Shown: positions 9,888 to 20,553 of the stretch, one piece after another
How positions within the stretch are numbered: position 1 is the first letter of the stretch
Layout: every line of letters begins with the position of its first letter
NCBI GenBank assembly: GCA_965116925.1
Contig: OZ220744.1
Span: 2,016,001-2,080,000 of the forward strand
Direction of reading: 5' to 3'
DNA: 64,000 nucleotides
Source: Candidatus Poribacteria bacterium
GTDB lineage: Bacteria > Poribacteria > WGA-4E > PCPOR2b
Made by a program: the position numbers and the translations under genes
Notes under the pieces: generated by a model
Seen by the model: the letters and a program-made list of their open reading frames with translations, nothing else
Told to the model about the DNA's origin: nothing
Database searches by the model: none

Positions 9888-10649
9888 CTAGTCAGCACAC
9901 AACGCCTCCCACAAAGCACGATAGTAGTTCATCATACGCACCGGATCCGAACTCTCCGGAATCTCAGCCAGTGTGTAACCCTCATATCCAGATGCCCTTA
10001 AAAGCGCGAAGAGTTCGCGCCACGGATATTCCCGCCGATGCAGCTCGTTGATGTGAACCAACCGGATCCACTCCTTGACCAGATTAAAGTTGTTCTCAAC
10101 AGATCCATCTTCCACTTCCCCCGGATTGGAGTTCCAGCAGACAAACACATTATCGTAATCGGCAATCTCCATAATTGTTCGGATATGTGGGACGTGCGAT
10201 GTTTCCCTACCGTGTACTTCAAGGCGAATCTGAACGCCCAAGTTTTTGGCAAACTCTCCGCATTCACGCAGGGATAGACCGATTTGCGTTAGCGTTTTTT
10301 CCACAGGAACGCCTTCAGGAAGACCGTTGGGTCGAACCTTCACGCCGGGCGCGCCGACATCCGCTGCAAGCTGTGAATATTCTTTCGTTCCTTCGATATT
10401 TTGGCGCACTTCCTCGGCATCTGTCGAGTGATAGTCGAAAGCACTTCCCAATCCTGCCAATTCAATCGGCGAGTCCTCAAACTGCTTCCGGACCTCTTGA
10501 CGCTCATTCGCGGAAAGATTCACCTCAACATTATGAGCGTGGGTGGTGCGGAGTTCAACACCTTGGAAACCCGTCGCCCTACAATTTTCAATAATTGTTG
10601 GCACGTCCCAATCCTTTGCCATATTATATGTTACAAGTCCCAATTTCAT
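9888..10649 (-). CDS. Sugar phosphate isomerase/epimerase (xylose isomerase-like TIM barrel)
   Basis: GFQGVELR, RLEVHG, LVHINEL, GYEGYTLAE. Confidence 0.85.
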   Translation of the reverse strand: MKLGLVTYNMAKDWDVPTIIENCRATGFQGVELRTTHAHNVEVNLSANERQEVRKQFEDSPIELAGLGSAFDYHSTDAEEVRQNIEGTKEYSQLAADVGAPGVKVRPNGLPEGVPVEKTLTQIGLSLRECGEFAKNLGVQIRLEVHGRETSHVPHIRTIMEIADYDNVFVCWNSNPGEVEDGSVENNFNLVKEWIRLVHINELHRREYPWRELFALLRASGYEGYTLAEIPESSDPVRMMNYYRALWEALCAD

Positions 10650-10754
10650 TACATATCTCCTGCGTCTGTAGTGAGGGCATATCCCCCTGTAACGCTGCTA
10701 TCTTTCTGGCTGCTCTAAGCATGATTGGCTTAATCCGCCTAGCATACTGTGAAA

Positions 10755-10924
10755 TATAGTGAATTCAAAAAATAAAGAAACACTTGCGCTACCCGGTAGG
10801 TGCGGTTTGTAACCGCACCGCATCGGCGCAGTTAGAAACAGCGCCTACCAAACAGAAGAACGGTAGTTTCATTTTTCTAACCGCACCGGTTTGGCGTGTC
10901 CTATTAATTCTAAAATCTACCATA
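10755..10924 (+). mobile_element. Family A MITE, expanded (170 bp) with an inverted REP doublet and a third decayed REP
   Basis: Same termini. GTAGGTGCGGTTTGTAACCGCACC followed by inverted GGCGCAGTTAGAAACAGCGCCTAC. An orphan right end recurs near 11001-11028. Confidence 0.78.
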
Positions 10925-11055
10925 AATAGACATTCAAAGTAGTAGGCACACTCCGTGTGCCGTAACTCTGCGAACAAGTTCCTGATCTCGCTCGTTCATC
11001 GTGTCCAATTAATTCTAAAATCTACCATAAATTGTATTCTGATAACGGAAAACAT

Positions 11056-11084
11056 TTGATCTCAATCGGTTTTTATATTACAAT
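11056..11084 (+). promoter_or_regulatory. Candidate sigma70 promoter for bioB
   Basis: TTGATC-17 bp-TACAAT. Confidence 0.45.
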
Positions 11085-11237
11085 ACCTTCTCATCAGATG
11101 CAAAGGTAAAAGAGATTGGTGGGTTCATTGGTGCATTAGTTGATTGGTTCATTAATGAACAAGTGAATAAACGATCAGAACCCTCTTTATCATCAACTCG
11201 CACCAAAAGTTATCAAAAAAGAGGATTATAAAAATAG

Positions 11238-12326
11238 ATGGAACGAAGATTTTATGATGAACTTGCCCAAGCAGGTTTGCAGGGAGATATACTCTCCGAC
11301 GAATTATGTCTGGACATATTGACTTCGTCGGCGATTGAACTCCTCCCGTTGCTTGATGCAGCCTATCAGGTGCGAAAAAAATATACCGGCAAAGAGGTTC
11401 AACTACATATTATCAATAACGCCCAAAACGGCTACTGTCCCGAAGATTGTTACTATTGCGCGCAGGCGAAGTCATCAGATGCGGATATCGAAGCGTATGC
11501 GATGAAGTCTGATACAGAAATGCTAGCTGAAGCGAAATGTGCTTATGAATCGGGAGCGTATCGCTATTGTATGGTCTTTGCGGGTCGGGGACCGTCCAAA
11601 AAACGCGTTGAGCATCTCGCCAAATTGATTGGGAAAATAAAATCCCGTTACCCAATCCAAGTTTGCCTTAGTGCGGGACTAATCGATAATGAGGACGCGC
11701 AAACACTCAAGGCAGCTGGATTAGATCGGCTCAACCACAATCTCAATACATCAGAAAGACACTATCCCAAGATCTGTACAACTCACACATATCAGGATCG
11801 GTTGGATACATTGCACGCCGCACAAACAGCAAGTATCGAATTATGTGCCGGAATCATTGTCGGGATGGGAGAAGTGGAAAAAGATGTAATTGCGGTTGCC
11901 AAGACCCTTCGGGAGTTAGAAGTTCAGTCGATACCCGTTAATTTTTTAATTCCGATTCCGGGAAATGCGCTGTCAGAAGCACCGGATCTCAGCCCGGAGT
12001 ATTGCCTACGCGTGTTGTGCCTGTACCGTTTCCTAAATCCCAAGGCAGAAATCCGAATCGCGGCAGGCAGGGAGGTACATCTGCGAAATATGGAGGTGAT
12101 GGCACTCTATCCGGCAAATTCACTCTTTGTAGAAGGTTACCTGAATACGCGGGGAGCGTCGCGCAGGCAAACACTACAGATGATCAAAGATGCAGGATTT
12201 ACCATTAAAGCAGATCGCGCCTTGGAAGAGCTATTAAAACAGGAAGAAGGGGCACAAAATCTGCTCACAATTGACGATTCAAAAGCCCTGTTGAAAGACA
12301 TCAAGGATTTAAGGCCACAGATTTAA
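11238..12326 (+). CDS. bioB: Biotin synthase
   Basis: Radical SAM CPEDCYYCAQ, NHNLNTS, GIIVGMGE, SIPVNFL, IRIAAGRE, ANSLF. Confidence 0.95.
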   Translation: MERRFYDELAQAGLQGDILSDELCLDILTSSAIELLPLLDAAYQVRKKYTGKEVQLHIINNAQNGYCPEDCYYCAQAKSSDADIEAYAMKSDTEMLAEAKCAYESGAYRYCMVFAGRGPSKKRVEHLAKLIGKIKSRYPIQVCLSAGLIDNEDAQTLKAAGLDRLNHNLNTSERHYPKICTTHTYQDRLDTLHAAQTASIELCAGIIVGMGEVEKDVIAVAKTLRELEVQSIPVNFLIPIPGNALSEAPDLSPEYCLRVLCLYRFLNPKAEIRIAAGREVHLRNMEVMALYPANSLFVEGYLNTRGASRRQTLQMIKDAGFTIKADRALEELLKQEEGAQNLLTIDDSKALLKDIKDLRPQI

Positions 12327-12957
12327 CTTAAGGAAACGTATATAGTAGACATCTGAAGGATCATCCTGAATAGGGAGCATGTCATGAAACACTTTGCTGT
12401 GCTGTTAATAGTCATATTTTGTGTGCTTCTGCCGAGCCAAAGTGAGGGCTCCGCGGCTCTTTTTGAACCAGGTTACCGGATCGCTACACTGATGAAATAT
12501 GGCCATCTGGTTGTTGTTGGGACTGTAGCAAGTATGGAGTTTGTGTTTAGAGAGGAGGTGCCTCCTCAATACACAACAGATATCGTGATACATATTGAAG
12601 AAGTTGTTAAGGGCACTCCTAATTACGGTGAAGGTGGTGTGAAGTTTATGATTCCAGGTGGCACTGGTTTCAATCCTAACTATGGCGAAGTTGGCACTGG
12701 CATGTCGGAAGGCTGCCCTGAGTTCAAGTTGAATGAGCGCGTACTTCTCTTTCTAAGCAAATCTAAAAATCGTCATCCTGAAAAATTCAAGCATTTACCA
12801 CCACCACCAATCATTCCGCATGGTGGTCTTCATATCCCTGGAAGGTTTGGAAAAATAGATATCAAATATGATGAGGTGGCTATTCCCTATACGTTCAAAA
12901 AAGAGGTATTTAGTGAGTATCATCAGATCATGAGGGAGGAACCGTATATTAGAATTA

Positions 12958-13896
12958 ACCCAAGTTGCTAGTTATTGAAAATCCATGGGTTTTCCGTTAA
13001 ACTTGAGGGGATTGACTCATACCCCCTCAAAAGGAGAAACCCATGGACCTACAAATTGTAACCATTTTCTATCTCTGTGACAAGCTGTTAGAAGCACTTA
13101 ACTCAAAAACCTCTCCACAGGCGCAGATGACTGACGCCGAAGTCATGACCACCGGGGTGGTCGCTGCGTTGTTTTTCGGTGGTAACTTCCAAGTGACTTG
13201 TGACTTTCTACACACTCATGGCTATATCCCCAATATGCTGTCAAAAAGTCGTTTCAATCGACGGTTGCATCGGATTAAACCGATGTTCATCACATTGTTC
13301 AAAATCTTAGCCGAAAGTTATGTAAAACTCAATCAACAGCAGATTTATGCGATAGATACACTGCCTATTGCGGTCTGTGACAATATCCGCATTAGTCGGT
13401 CAAAACTGTATACCGATGAGGCATTTCGTGGGTATCAAGCGTCCAAGCGTCGGTACTTCTATGGCTTGAAAGTTCACTTGTTAGTGACAGCGAGCCAACA
13501 GCCTGTTGAGTTTTTTCTAACGCCAGCAAGCATCAGTGATGTCGAGGGATTACAGTATTTTGATTTTGACTTGCCACCGGGCAGTTGTGTCTACGGGGAT
13601 AAAGCATACAATAACTATGAGATAGAGGATATATTGGCAACCATTGGAGTGGACCTCAAGCCGACACGCAAACAGAATTCCAAGCGACCTTATCCACAGT
13701 GGGAGACCTATGTGGCATCTTGCCATCGTAAGTCTGTCGAGACCGCTGGCAGTTTAATTGAGCGATTGCTGCCTCGTTCGATTCATGCTGTAACACAACA
13801 AGGATTTGAATTAAAAGTGGTCTTGTTTGTATTAGCAAGCAGTATATATCAACTTTAACTCCAACCAACTACTCAATTATAGGTAGCAACTTGGGT
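12958..13896 (+). mobile_element. IS982 family insertion sequence (939 bp)
   Basis: Perfect 13-bp TIR ACCCAAGTTGCTA and 8-bp TSD TAGAATTA (12950-12957, 13897-13904). Confidence 0.92.
13043..13858 (+). CDS. IS982 family DDE transposase
   Basis: MTDAEVMT, SRFNRR, IDTLP, YFYGLKVH, GDKAY, RKSVET. Confidence 0.92.
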   Translation: MDLQIVTIFYLCDKLLEALNSKTSPQAQMTDAEVMTTGVVAALFFGGNFQVTCDFLHTHGYIPNMLSKSRFNRRLHRIKPMFITLFKILAESYVKLNQQQIYAIDTLPIAVCDNIRISRSKLYTDEAFRGYQASKRRYFYGLKVHLLVTASQQPVEFFLTPASISDVEGLQYFDFDLPPGSCVYGDKAYNNYEIEDILATIGVDLKPTRKQNSKRPYPQWETYVASCHRKSVETAGSLIERLLPRSIHAVTQQGFELKVVLFVLASSIYQL

Positions 13897-14128
13897 TAGA
13901 ATTATCACTCTCCCTTTAGATTTAGTCATCCAAATTGCGAAGGCTTCTATCAAAGACTATGATGCAACGAAGCTATTAGAGGAGAATATCAAGGATTATA
14001 TTGATAAGACTCCCTTTGGCTCTAAACCTAAATTGGATGAAAAGCTGATAGATAAACTCAAAGCAGAGGCGAAGCGTATTTTAGAAAAAGTTGAGGATGA
14101 CCAAGTTACGTCTAAGGAGGTTCAATAG

Positions 14129-14923
14129 ATGGTTAGATTGTCTAATGAGGATATTCTGTTTTTCAAGCGGGAAGGCTATCTGGTTAAACGGAAGGTTTTG
14201 GATCCGGATCTGATGGCGCGGGCGAGAGATCGACTATGGGACGGTGCACCGCCCTCCATGGACCGGTATGCTCCCGATACTTGGGTGGGTCCTATAAAAA
14301 AAGAGGAAGAATGCCAAGATACGATGAATGCGAAACGCGGCTTCCGATGGAACTTCCGCGAGCCGGGGAGCGAGGATTGGATGGTTCGGCTGCTTGCCAC
14401 AGATCCAAATGTGTGGGGAATGGCAGAGCAGTTTCTCGGTGAAGGAAATCTACGGACCCCCGATGGGATTCGCGGAATCTACTGTACGCTGCCTTACGGC
14501 GATGAGCCTGAAAAACCGACCACCTGCCATGTGGACGGGCATCCCTTTCATCTAGGCGTTGTTGGGTATATTGATCACGTTCCCCCACGGGGCGGTGGAT
14601 TTACGGTTTGGCCCAAAAGCCACCTGAAGTTCTATTATGAATTCCACTCCCAATATAAGCATGAGCGCACCGATGGATACGATGAGGTGTTAGCAGAAAT
14701 TAACCAGACGCCCTACGTTGAAACCCACGGCGGACCGGGGGATATCGTCTTCTGGCATCACCGCATCGGTCATGCGGCGGGTCAGAACTTCTCTAAGCAG
14801 ATACGTCAGGCGGTGCTGTACGATTTTCGCAAAAAAGACCTAGAGCAGACGCAAGAGGAACCACCGTGTGAAGACATGTGGCGGGATTGGCCCGGGATTC
14901 AAGCGTTAAATGATAAGGATTGA
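14129..14923 (+). CDS. Phytanoyl-CoA dioxygenase (PhyH) family protein
   Basis: FKREGYLV, HVD, PGDIVFWHHRIGH. Confidence 0.88.
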   Translation: MVRLSNEDILFFKREGYLVKRKVLDPDLMARARDRLWDGAPPSMDRYAPDTWVGPIKKEEECQDTMNAKRGFRWNFREPGSEDWMVRLLATDPNVWGMAEQFLGEGNLRTPDGIRGIYCTLPYGDEPEKPTTCHVDGHPFHLGVVGYIDHVPPRGGGFTVWPKSHLKFYYEFHSQYKHERTDGYDEVLAEINQTPYVETHGGPGDIVFWHHRIGHAAGQNFSKQIRQAVLYDFRKKDLEQTQEEPPCEDMWRDWPGIQALNDKD

Positions 14924-14935
14924 TGAGGAGACGAT

Positions 14936-16174
14936 ATGGACAAAATTAGACTAGGATTGGTAGGTTGTGGCGGCATGGGGACACGACATCTCTACGGTCT
15001 GCGTGAGTTGGCACAGACCCAATTTAATAATGTCGAGTTGGTTGCCCTGTGCGATATTCGTCGCGAAAACGCTGAACTCGCTGCCGCCGAAGCGGAAAAA
15101 CTGCTAGGGGTGCAGCCGGCAATCTTCACTGATCTGGAAAAGATGGCGCGTCAAACGCCGGATCTCACCGCTGTGGATGTGGTGACGGATCCGTCGGTAC
15201 ACCACACCGTCGTCTGTCAAGCACTGGACTTGGGGTTGCATGTGATGGTCGAGAAACCGATGGCGATCACAGTTGGGGCGTGTCTAGCAATGATTGACGC
15301 TGCGGAACGGAACAACCGAAAACTGTCGGTGGCAGAGAACTACCGACGTGATCCCTCCGCGCGGTTGGTCAACCATCTGCTGAAAATAGGTGCCATTGGT
15401 ACGCCCTATATGGGGCTTTTCCACTCGCTCAGTGCCGGCAATGACATTTTTATTACCCCGTGGCGACACCTCAAGGATAAGGGCGGCCCCATAGTCGATA
15501 TGGGCGTCCACATGACAGATCAGATCCGTTATCAACTCGGAGACATCGCGGAGGTCTACGGCGATGTGTGGCTGATCGAGCCGGTGAGACGCAAGGCGGA
15601 CAGTATTGGCGACACTTACACCTTCTACCAAAATCGGCATCGGGCGATGGATGCTGAGGTGCCGGCGACGGCAGAGGACACCTCGATGGCGATATTCAAG
15701 ATGGAAAGCGGCGTGACTGTGAACTGGCTAATCAGCAGGGGCGGCACCGGCAGCTACGGCGGTCAACTCATTCTGGGGGATCAGGGGTGCATCAACGGTT
15801 TTGGAGCGCGTGGCAGCCGAGTCAGTATGAAACGGCGAGACGAGGAGGAGATAGCTCAAGAGGATATGCTTGCATCCGCGGATGGATTTGCACTTGAACC
15901 TCTGGCAGAACATCTCTTTCCCACCCGAATCACCGACACGGACAGAGAGGTAGATTGGAAAATTATCGCGCTTGAATATTACGAACTGGCTGAGGCGATC
16001 CTCAATGGACGAAAGATAGAAGTCGATGGGATTGAAGGGATGAAGGATGTGGCCGCTATCTACGCTATATTTGAGTCGGCGAGGGCTGGGCGAGCAGTGA
16101 AAATGAGCGAAGTAGAGAGCTGCCAAGTTTACGAATATCAATCAGAGATTGACGAAGTGCTGGGGCTTATGTAA
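14936..16174 (+). CDS. Gfo/Idh/MocA family oxidoreductase
   Basis: GCGGMG, VEKPMA, AENYRRDP, DMGVH. Confidence 0.92.
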   Translation: MDKIRLGLVGCGGMGTRHLYGLRELAQTQFNNVELVALCDIRRENAELAAAEAEKLLGVQPAIFTDLEKMARQTPDLTAVDVVTDPSVHHTVVCQALDLGLHVMVEKPMAITVGACLAMIDAAERNNRKLSVAENYRRDPSARLVNHLLKIGAIGTPYMGLFHSLSAGNDIFITPWRHLKDKGGPIVDMGVHMTDQIRYQLGDIAEVYGDVWLIEPVRRKADSIGDTYTFYQNRHRAMDAEVPATAEDTSMAIFKMESGVTVNWLISRGGTGSYGGQLILGDQGCINGFGARGSRVSMKRRDEEEIAQEDMLASADGFALEPLAEHLFPTRITDTDREVDWKIIALEYYELAEAILNGRKIEVDGIEGMKDVAAIYAIFESARAGRAVKMSEVESCQVYEYQSEIDEVLGLM

Positions 16175-16183
16175 GGAGAAAAA

Positions 16184-17164
16184 ATGGAGTATCGACATAT
16201 AGGAAAAACCGGGGTCAAGGTGTCTAGCATCTGTCTGGGAACAGCGTTCCGCGGTCAGGCGGACGAAAGCACTGCTATACGGGTGATAGATCGGGCGATT
16301 GATCTTGGGTGCAATTTTATTGACACCGCCCTATACGGTGCAGGGCGATCGGAGATTATTGTCGGCAAGGCGATAAAGGAGAAACGCGACGATATTGTGC
16401 TGTGCACCAAAGTCTTTGGGACGCTTGGGGATAGCCCGAACCACACCGGCTCATCGCGCGTCAATCTGATGTGGGGCGTCGACGCAAGCCTTGATCGGCT
16501 TCAGACTAGTCACATTGACCTGTACCTTCTCCACAGCTTTGATCCCAAAACCCCGCTTGAAGAGACCGTGCGTGCGTTGGACGATATGGTACGGGCAGGA
16601 AAGGTGCGGTATATCGGTTGCAGCAATTTTCGGGCGTGGAAAGTTATGGAAGCACTGGGGATTAGCGCGCTGAGAAACTTGGAATCGTTTGTTTGCATCC
16701 AAAACCAATACAACCTGTTGAACCGTTGGGAGATCGAGCCGGACCTGATGCCGTTGTGCCGTGAACAAGGTATCGGGATCATGACCTTCAGTCCACTCGC
16801 CATTGGACTATTGAGCGGACATTTTCGGCGTGGGCAGGAACCACCGGCGAACACCCCTTGGGGGAAGGGACCTGAGTGGGGATTAAGTGCACACAAATAC
16901 AACTTTGAAGAGGCGATGACTGAGCGAGTCGATAGGATTGTACAGACGCTCATTGACATCGGCGCGGAGAATGGTCGAACTCCCGCACAGGTAGCGGTCG
17001 CGTGGGTTTTAGACCATCCGGAAATAACTGCTCCGATTCACGGCGCAGACTTTCCCGAACATGTGGATGAGGTCTTCGGATCGGCAGATTGGCGATTACC
17101 CCCGGAGGCGCGAGAAATCCTAGATGAGGTGTCGAAGATTGAGGAATTGAGGAGATACGCCTAA
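16184..17164 (+). CDS. Aldo/keto reductase
   Basis: DTALYG, IDLYLLH, GKVRYIGCSN, FSPLA. Confidence 0.93.
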   Translation: MEYRHIGKTGVKVSSICLGTAFRGQADESTAIRVIDRAIDLGCNFIDTALYGAGRSEIIVGKAIKEKRDDIVLCTKVFGTLGDSPNHTGSSRVNLMWGVDASLDRLQTSHIDLYLLHSFDPKTPLEETVRALDDMVRAGKVRYIGCSNFRAWKVMEALGISALRNLESFVCIQNQYNLLNRWEIEPDLMPLCREQGIGIMTFSPLAIGLLSGHFRRGQEPPANTPWGKGPEWGLSAHKYNFEEAMTERVDRIVQTLIDIGAENGRTPAQVAVAWVLDHPEITAPIHGADFPEHVDEVFGSADWRLPPEAREILDEVSKIEELRRYA

Positions 17165-17189
17165 AATTGGAACGGAGGTTAACTTGTGT

Positions 17190-17217
17190 GTAGGGAACGC
17201 AGATCTGCGTTCCCTAC
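17190..17217. repeat. GTAG-REP perfect palindrome
   Basis: GTAGGGAACGCAGATCTGCGTTCCCTAC. Confidence 0.8.
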
Positions 17218-17282
17218 GACTTTTCCCAATCAGAGAAAACTTATAATGAGACTGGAACGAAATATTACCGGAGGACAAATCT

Positions 17283-18392
17283 ATGTCAACCTATCGTGCC
17301 GCAGTAATCGGTCTGGGCAGAATGGGTAGCACCTTTGATGATGAAATCACACAAGGCGGCTCGCTTTTCCTGCCCTATTGCCATGGGCCTAGTTACCACG
17401 CAGCACCCAACGTCGAATTGGTCGCCGGGGCAGATCTCCACGAGGAACAGGCAGCCATCTTTGGGGAACGTTGGGGGATAAGCCCTGACCATCTGTATAG
17501 CGACCATCGGGAGATGTTAGCGGCAGAACAGTTAGATCTCGTCAGTGTATGCACAACGGCACGGGTCCGCGCAGCCATTGTACAGGATGTCGCCCGTGCA
17601 GGCGTTAAAGCCATCTGGGCGGAAAAACCGATCGCTTTGACCTTAGAGGAAGCGGATACGATGCTGAATGTCTGCCGTGAGAACGGTGTTGCGTTGGCTG
17701 TCAACTGTGCCCGACGCTGGAATCCATTCTTCAGCGAAGCCCGCCGACTCATTGACGCTGGAGAACTTGGCGAACTTTTACAGGTAACTGTCTATGCCCA
17801 ATGTGGCTTATCCCATAACGGCAGTCATGCTATTGACATTTTGCGCTACATGGCTGGCGGAGATGTTGAATGGGTTTTCGGAGAGATGGAATCGGACGAA
17901 GCCGCCGCCGGTGAAAACGACCTGAGTGGCAACGGATACCTCGCTTTTGATAACGGGGTGCGTGCTTATCTTAGGAGTATGCCCACTGGTGCTGCCTCTT
18001 GGGAGGTCGATGTGATTGGAACAGAAGGGCGTATCCGTTCCCTAAACAATGCGGAGGACTTTGAATTTATCCTCACCGTACCCGGCGGCCGTCGAGGACG
18101 ACCCAGACCCGCAAAGGTGCCATTCCCTTGGCCCGTGCGGATGCAGGGCATGGGATTGACAATCGTCGCCGACCTGATTAACGCTGCTGAAACGGGACAA
18201 CCTCCAAAATGTTCGGGAGATGACGGACGGGCGGCGTTAGAAGTCGCTGTCGGATTACGGGAATCACACCGGCGTGGTGGAGCCAAGGTTGACCTGCCAT
18301 TGGCAGACCGCGGCTTGGGCATTCAATCTATAGAGATTGCCAACGATAGTGTACCTGCACGGATTCGACGGTTGCAACAGGAAGGCTCCTAG
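17283..18392 (+). CDS. Gfo/Idh/MocA family oxidoreductase
   Basis: GLGRMG, AEKPIA, HNGSH. Confidence 0.92.
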   Translation: MSTYRAAVIGLGRMGSTFDDEITQGGSLFLPYCHGPSYHAAPNVELVAGADLHEEQAAIFGERWGISPDHLYSDHREMLAAEQLDLVSVCTTARVRAAIVQDVARAGVKAIWAEKPIALTLEEADTMLNVCRENGVALAVNCARRWNPFFSEARRLIDAGELGELLQVTVYAQCGLSHNGSHAIDILRYMAGGDVEWVFGEMESDEAAAGENDLSGNGYLAFDNGVRAYLRSMPTGAASWEVDVIGTEGRIRSLNNAEDFEFILTVPGGRRGRPRPAKVPFPWPVRMQGMGLTIVADLINAAETGQPPKCSGDDGRAALEVAVGLRESHRRGGAKVDLPLADRGLGIQSIEIANDSVPARIRRLQQEGS

Positions 18393-18419
18393 AAATTTCG
18401 TGGAAGGAGAACTATTGAC

Positions 18420-19424
18420 ATGAAAATTACGCGAGTGGATCTTTACGAGGTAGAGATTCCCCCAATCCCACCGGTTGCCAAATACGTTCCCAAGATTTAC
18501 GACATCACGCTCTGCCGCGTTCAGACCGACGAAGGCATAGAGGGGTGGGGCGAGTACCTAGGTACTCGATCTACACACGAGGGGCTGGCGCAGTCTTACA
18601 TCGGTCAGGAGGTATTGGCGTTAGACCCATTCGCCCAGCCGGATGGGTTCACCTGTGCATTACTGGATATCACCGGTCAAATGTACGGCATTCCGGTCCA
18701 CCGCTTTTTCGGTCAGAAGGTACGCGATGAGGTGCCAGTCTCCTACTGGTCTACGACAATGGAACCGCACGAAACAGCTGCCGAGGCAGAGGTGGGAGCG
18801 CGCTTGGGATTTACAAACCATAAACTGAAGGCGCGTGCTTCGGATGTCGTAGAAACGGTACGTCTCATAAAGGAAGTAGCAGGACCCGATTACACCGTCG
18901 GCTTGGATCCCAATATGGGATTCCAATACGTACATATCGCCACGCGCTTGGCAGAACAGCTTGAACCTTTTGGAACAGTTGCGAACTTTGAAGACCCAGT
19001 CCTCAAAAATAACTTGGATTGGTATCGCTTGCTGCGTGAGAAAACCCACATCCCCCAAGCACTGCACTTGGGCCCGCCGGACGAAGTACTGGCAGCACTC
19101 AAGGCAGAGTGTATCGACTACCTGAACTTGGGTGGACCTGTCCAACAGGTATGCAAATCTGCTGCGTTGGCTGAAGCCGCAGATGTGCCTTGCTGGGTAC
19201 AGATAGGAGGGCTCTGCTTGAGCATTCTGGCTGCCTATTCCGTCCATGTGCAATGCACCCTGCCCAGTGCAACCCTGCCCTGTGACGAGTTGCCCCACAT
19301 CCGCATCGCCGACGTTGTGAAAGAAGGATTAACGATCAAAGCGGGGCACTTTCTCGTGCCGGAGGGGCCAGGGCTTGGTATCACAGTGGACATGGACGTA
19401 ATTGAAAAGTATCAGGTCGCGTGA
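18420..19424 (+). CDS. Mandelate racemase/muconate lactonizing enzyme (enolase superfamily), copy 1
   Basis: GWGE, KLK, DPN, EDP, PEGPGLG. Confidence 0.9.
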   Translation: MKITRVDLYEVEIPPIPPVAKYVPKIYDITLCRVQTDEGIEGWGEYLGTRSTHEGLAQSYIGQEVLALDPFAQPDGFTCALLDITGQMYGIPVHRFFGQKVRDEVPVSYWSTTMEPHETAAEAEVGARLGFTNHKLKARASDVVETVRLIKEVAGPDYTVGLDPNMGFQYVHIATRLAEQLEPFGTVANFEDPVLKNNLDWYRLLREKTHIPQALHLGPPDEVLAALKAECIDYLNLGGPVQQVCKSAALAEAADVPCWVQIGGLCLSILAAYSVHVQCTLPSATLPCDELPHIRIADVVKEGLTIKAGHFLVPEGPGLGITVDMDVIEKYQVA

Positions 19425-19451
19425 AACCTGAAACGAAGGAGGACTATTGAC

Positions 19452-20456
19452 ATGAAAATTACGGAAGTGAATCTTTACGAGGTAGAAATCCCACCAATTC
19501 CGCCGATTGCCAAATACATGCCCAAAATCTACGACATCACCCTCTGCCGCGTTCAGACAGACGAGGGGATAGAAGGTTGGGGCGAGTACCAAGGCGCACG
19601 ATCCGCACACGAGAGCACAGCACAATCTTACATCGGTCAAGAGGTGTTGGCGTTAGACCCATTCGCTCAACCCGATCCGTTCACCTGCGCGCTTTTGGAC
19701 ATCACCGGCCAAATGCACGGCATTCCTGTCCACCGCTTTTTTGGTCAAAAGGTGCGTGATGAGGTGCCGGTCTCCTACTGGTCCTGTCCCATGGAACCGC
19801 ACGAAACAGCTGCGGAGGCAGAGGTGGGAGCGCGTTTGGGATTCACCAATCACAAACTCAAGGCGCGTTCCTGGAACATCGTGGAAACGGTGCGCCTTAT
19901 AAAAGAAGCAACAGGACCCGATTACACCGTCGGCGTGGATCCAAATACCGAGTTCAAATATCTCCATATTGCCACGCGTCTGGCGGAACAGCTTGAACCT
20001 TTTGGAACGGTTGCCAATTTTGAAGACCCGGTCCTCAAAACGAACTTGGATTGGTATCGCTTGCTACGTGAGAAAACCCACATCCCCCAAGCCTTGCACC
20101 TTGGACCGCCGGGCGGGGTTCTCGCAGCACTCAAGGCAGAGTGCATCGACTACGTGAACCTGGGTGGTTCCGCCCAAAGCCTACGAAAATCCGCTGCATT
20201 AGCTGAAGCCGCAGATGTCCCTTTCTGGGTACAAATGGGAGGTCTCTGTTTGAGTATTCTGGCTGCCTATTCCGTCCATGTGCAATGCACCTTGCCTAAC
20301 GCAACCCTGCCTTGTGACGAGTTACCCCACATGCGCATCGCTGACGTTGCGAAAGAGGGACTAACAATCAAGGCGGGGCATTTTCTGGTGCCAGAGGGAC
20401 CAGGGCTTGGCATCACAGTAGACATGGATGTAATTGAAAAATACCGCGTAGCCTGA
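19452..20456 (+). CDS. Mandelate racemase/muconate lactonizing enzyme, copy 2 (~88% aa identical to copy 1)
   Basis: Same length (334 aa) and motifs; about 39 substitutions by manual count. Confidence 0.9.
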   Translation: MKITEVNLYEVEIPPIPPIAKYMPKIYDITLCRVQTDEGIEGWGEYQGARSAHESTAQSYIGQEVLALDPFAQPDPFTCALLDITGQMHGIPVHRFFGQKVRDEVPVSYWSCPMEPHETAAEAEVGARLGFTNHKLKARSWNIVETVRLIKEATGPDYTVGVDPNTEFKYLHIATRLAEQLEPFGTVANFEDPVLKTNLDWYRLLREKTHIPQALHLGPPGGVLAALKAECIDYVNLGGSAQSLRKSAALAEAADVPFWVQMGGLCLSILAAYSVHVQCTLPNATLPCDELPHMRIADVAKEGLTIKAGHFLVPEGPGLGITVDMDVIEKYRVA

Positions 20457-20553
20457 AACGTAACCTTTTTAACCTCGCTCATGCGACCTTCATCTGCGAG
20501 ATCTGCGTCCGTCTCTACTCTTAAAACTGAAGTGCGTAAGTCCTATACACAAT

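Larger units (their letters stand above)
12384..14128 (+). pseudogene. Exported hypothetical protein (~265 aa) split by an IS982 insertion
   Basis: Signal-peptide ORF from 12384. Joining 12957 to 13905 restores an open frame (...EPYIRIITLPLDLV...TSKEVQ*) to TAG 14128. Confidence 0.85.

Noticed and set aside
10789..10977. 62-aa minus-strand ORF
   Set aside because: Composed of MITE/REP sequence; not a credible gene.
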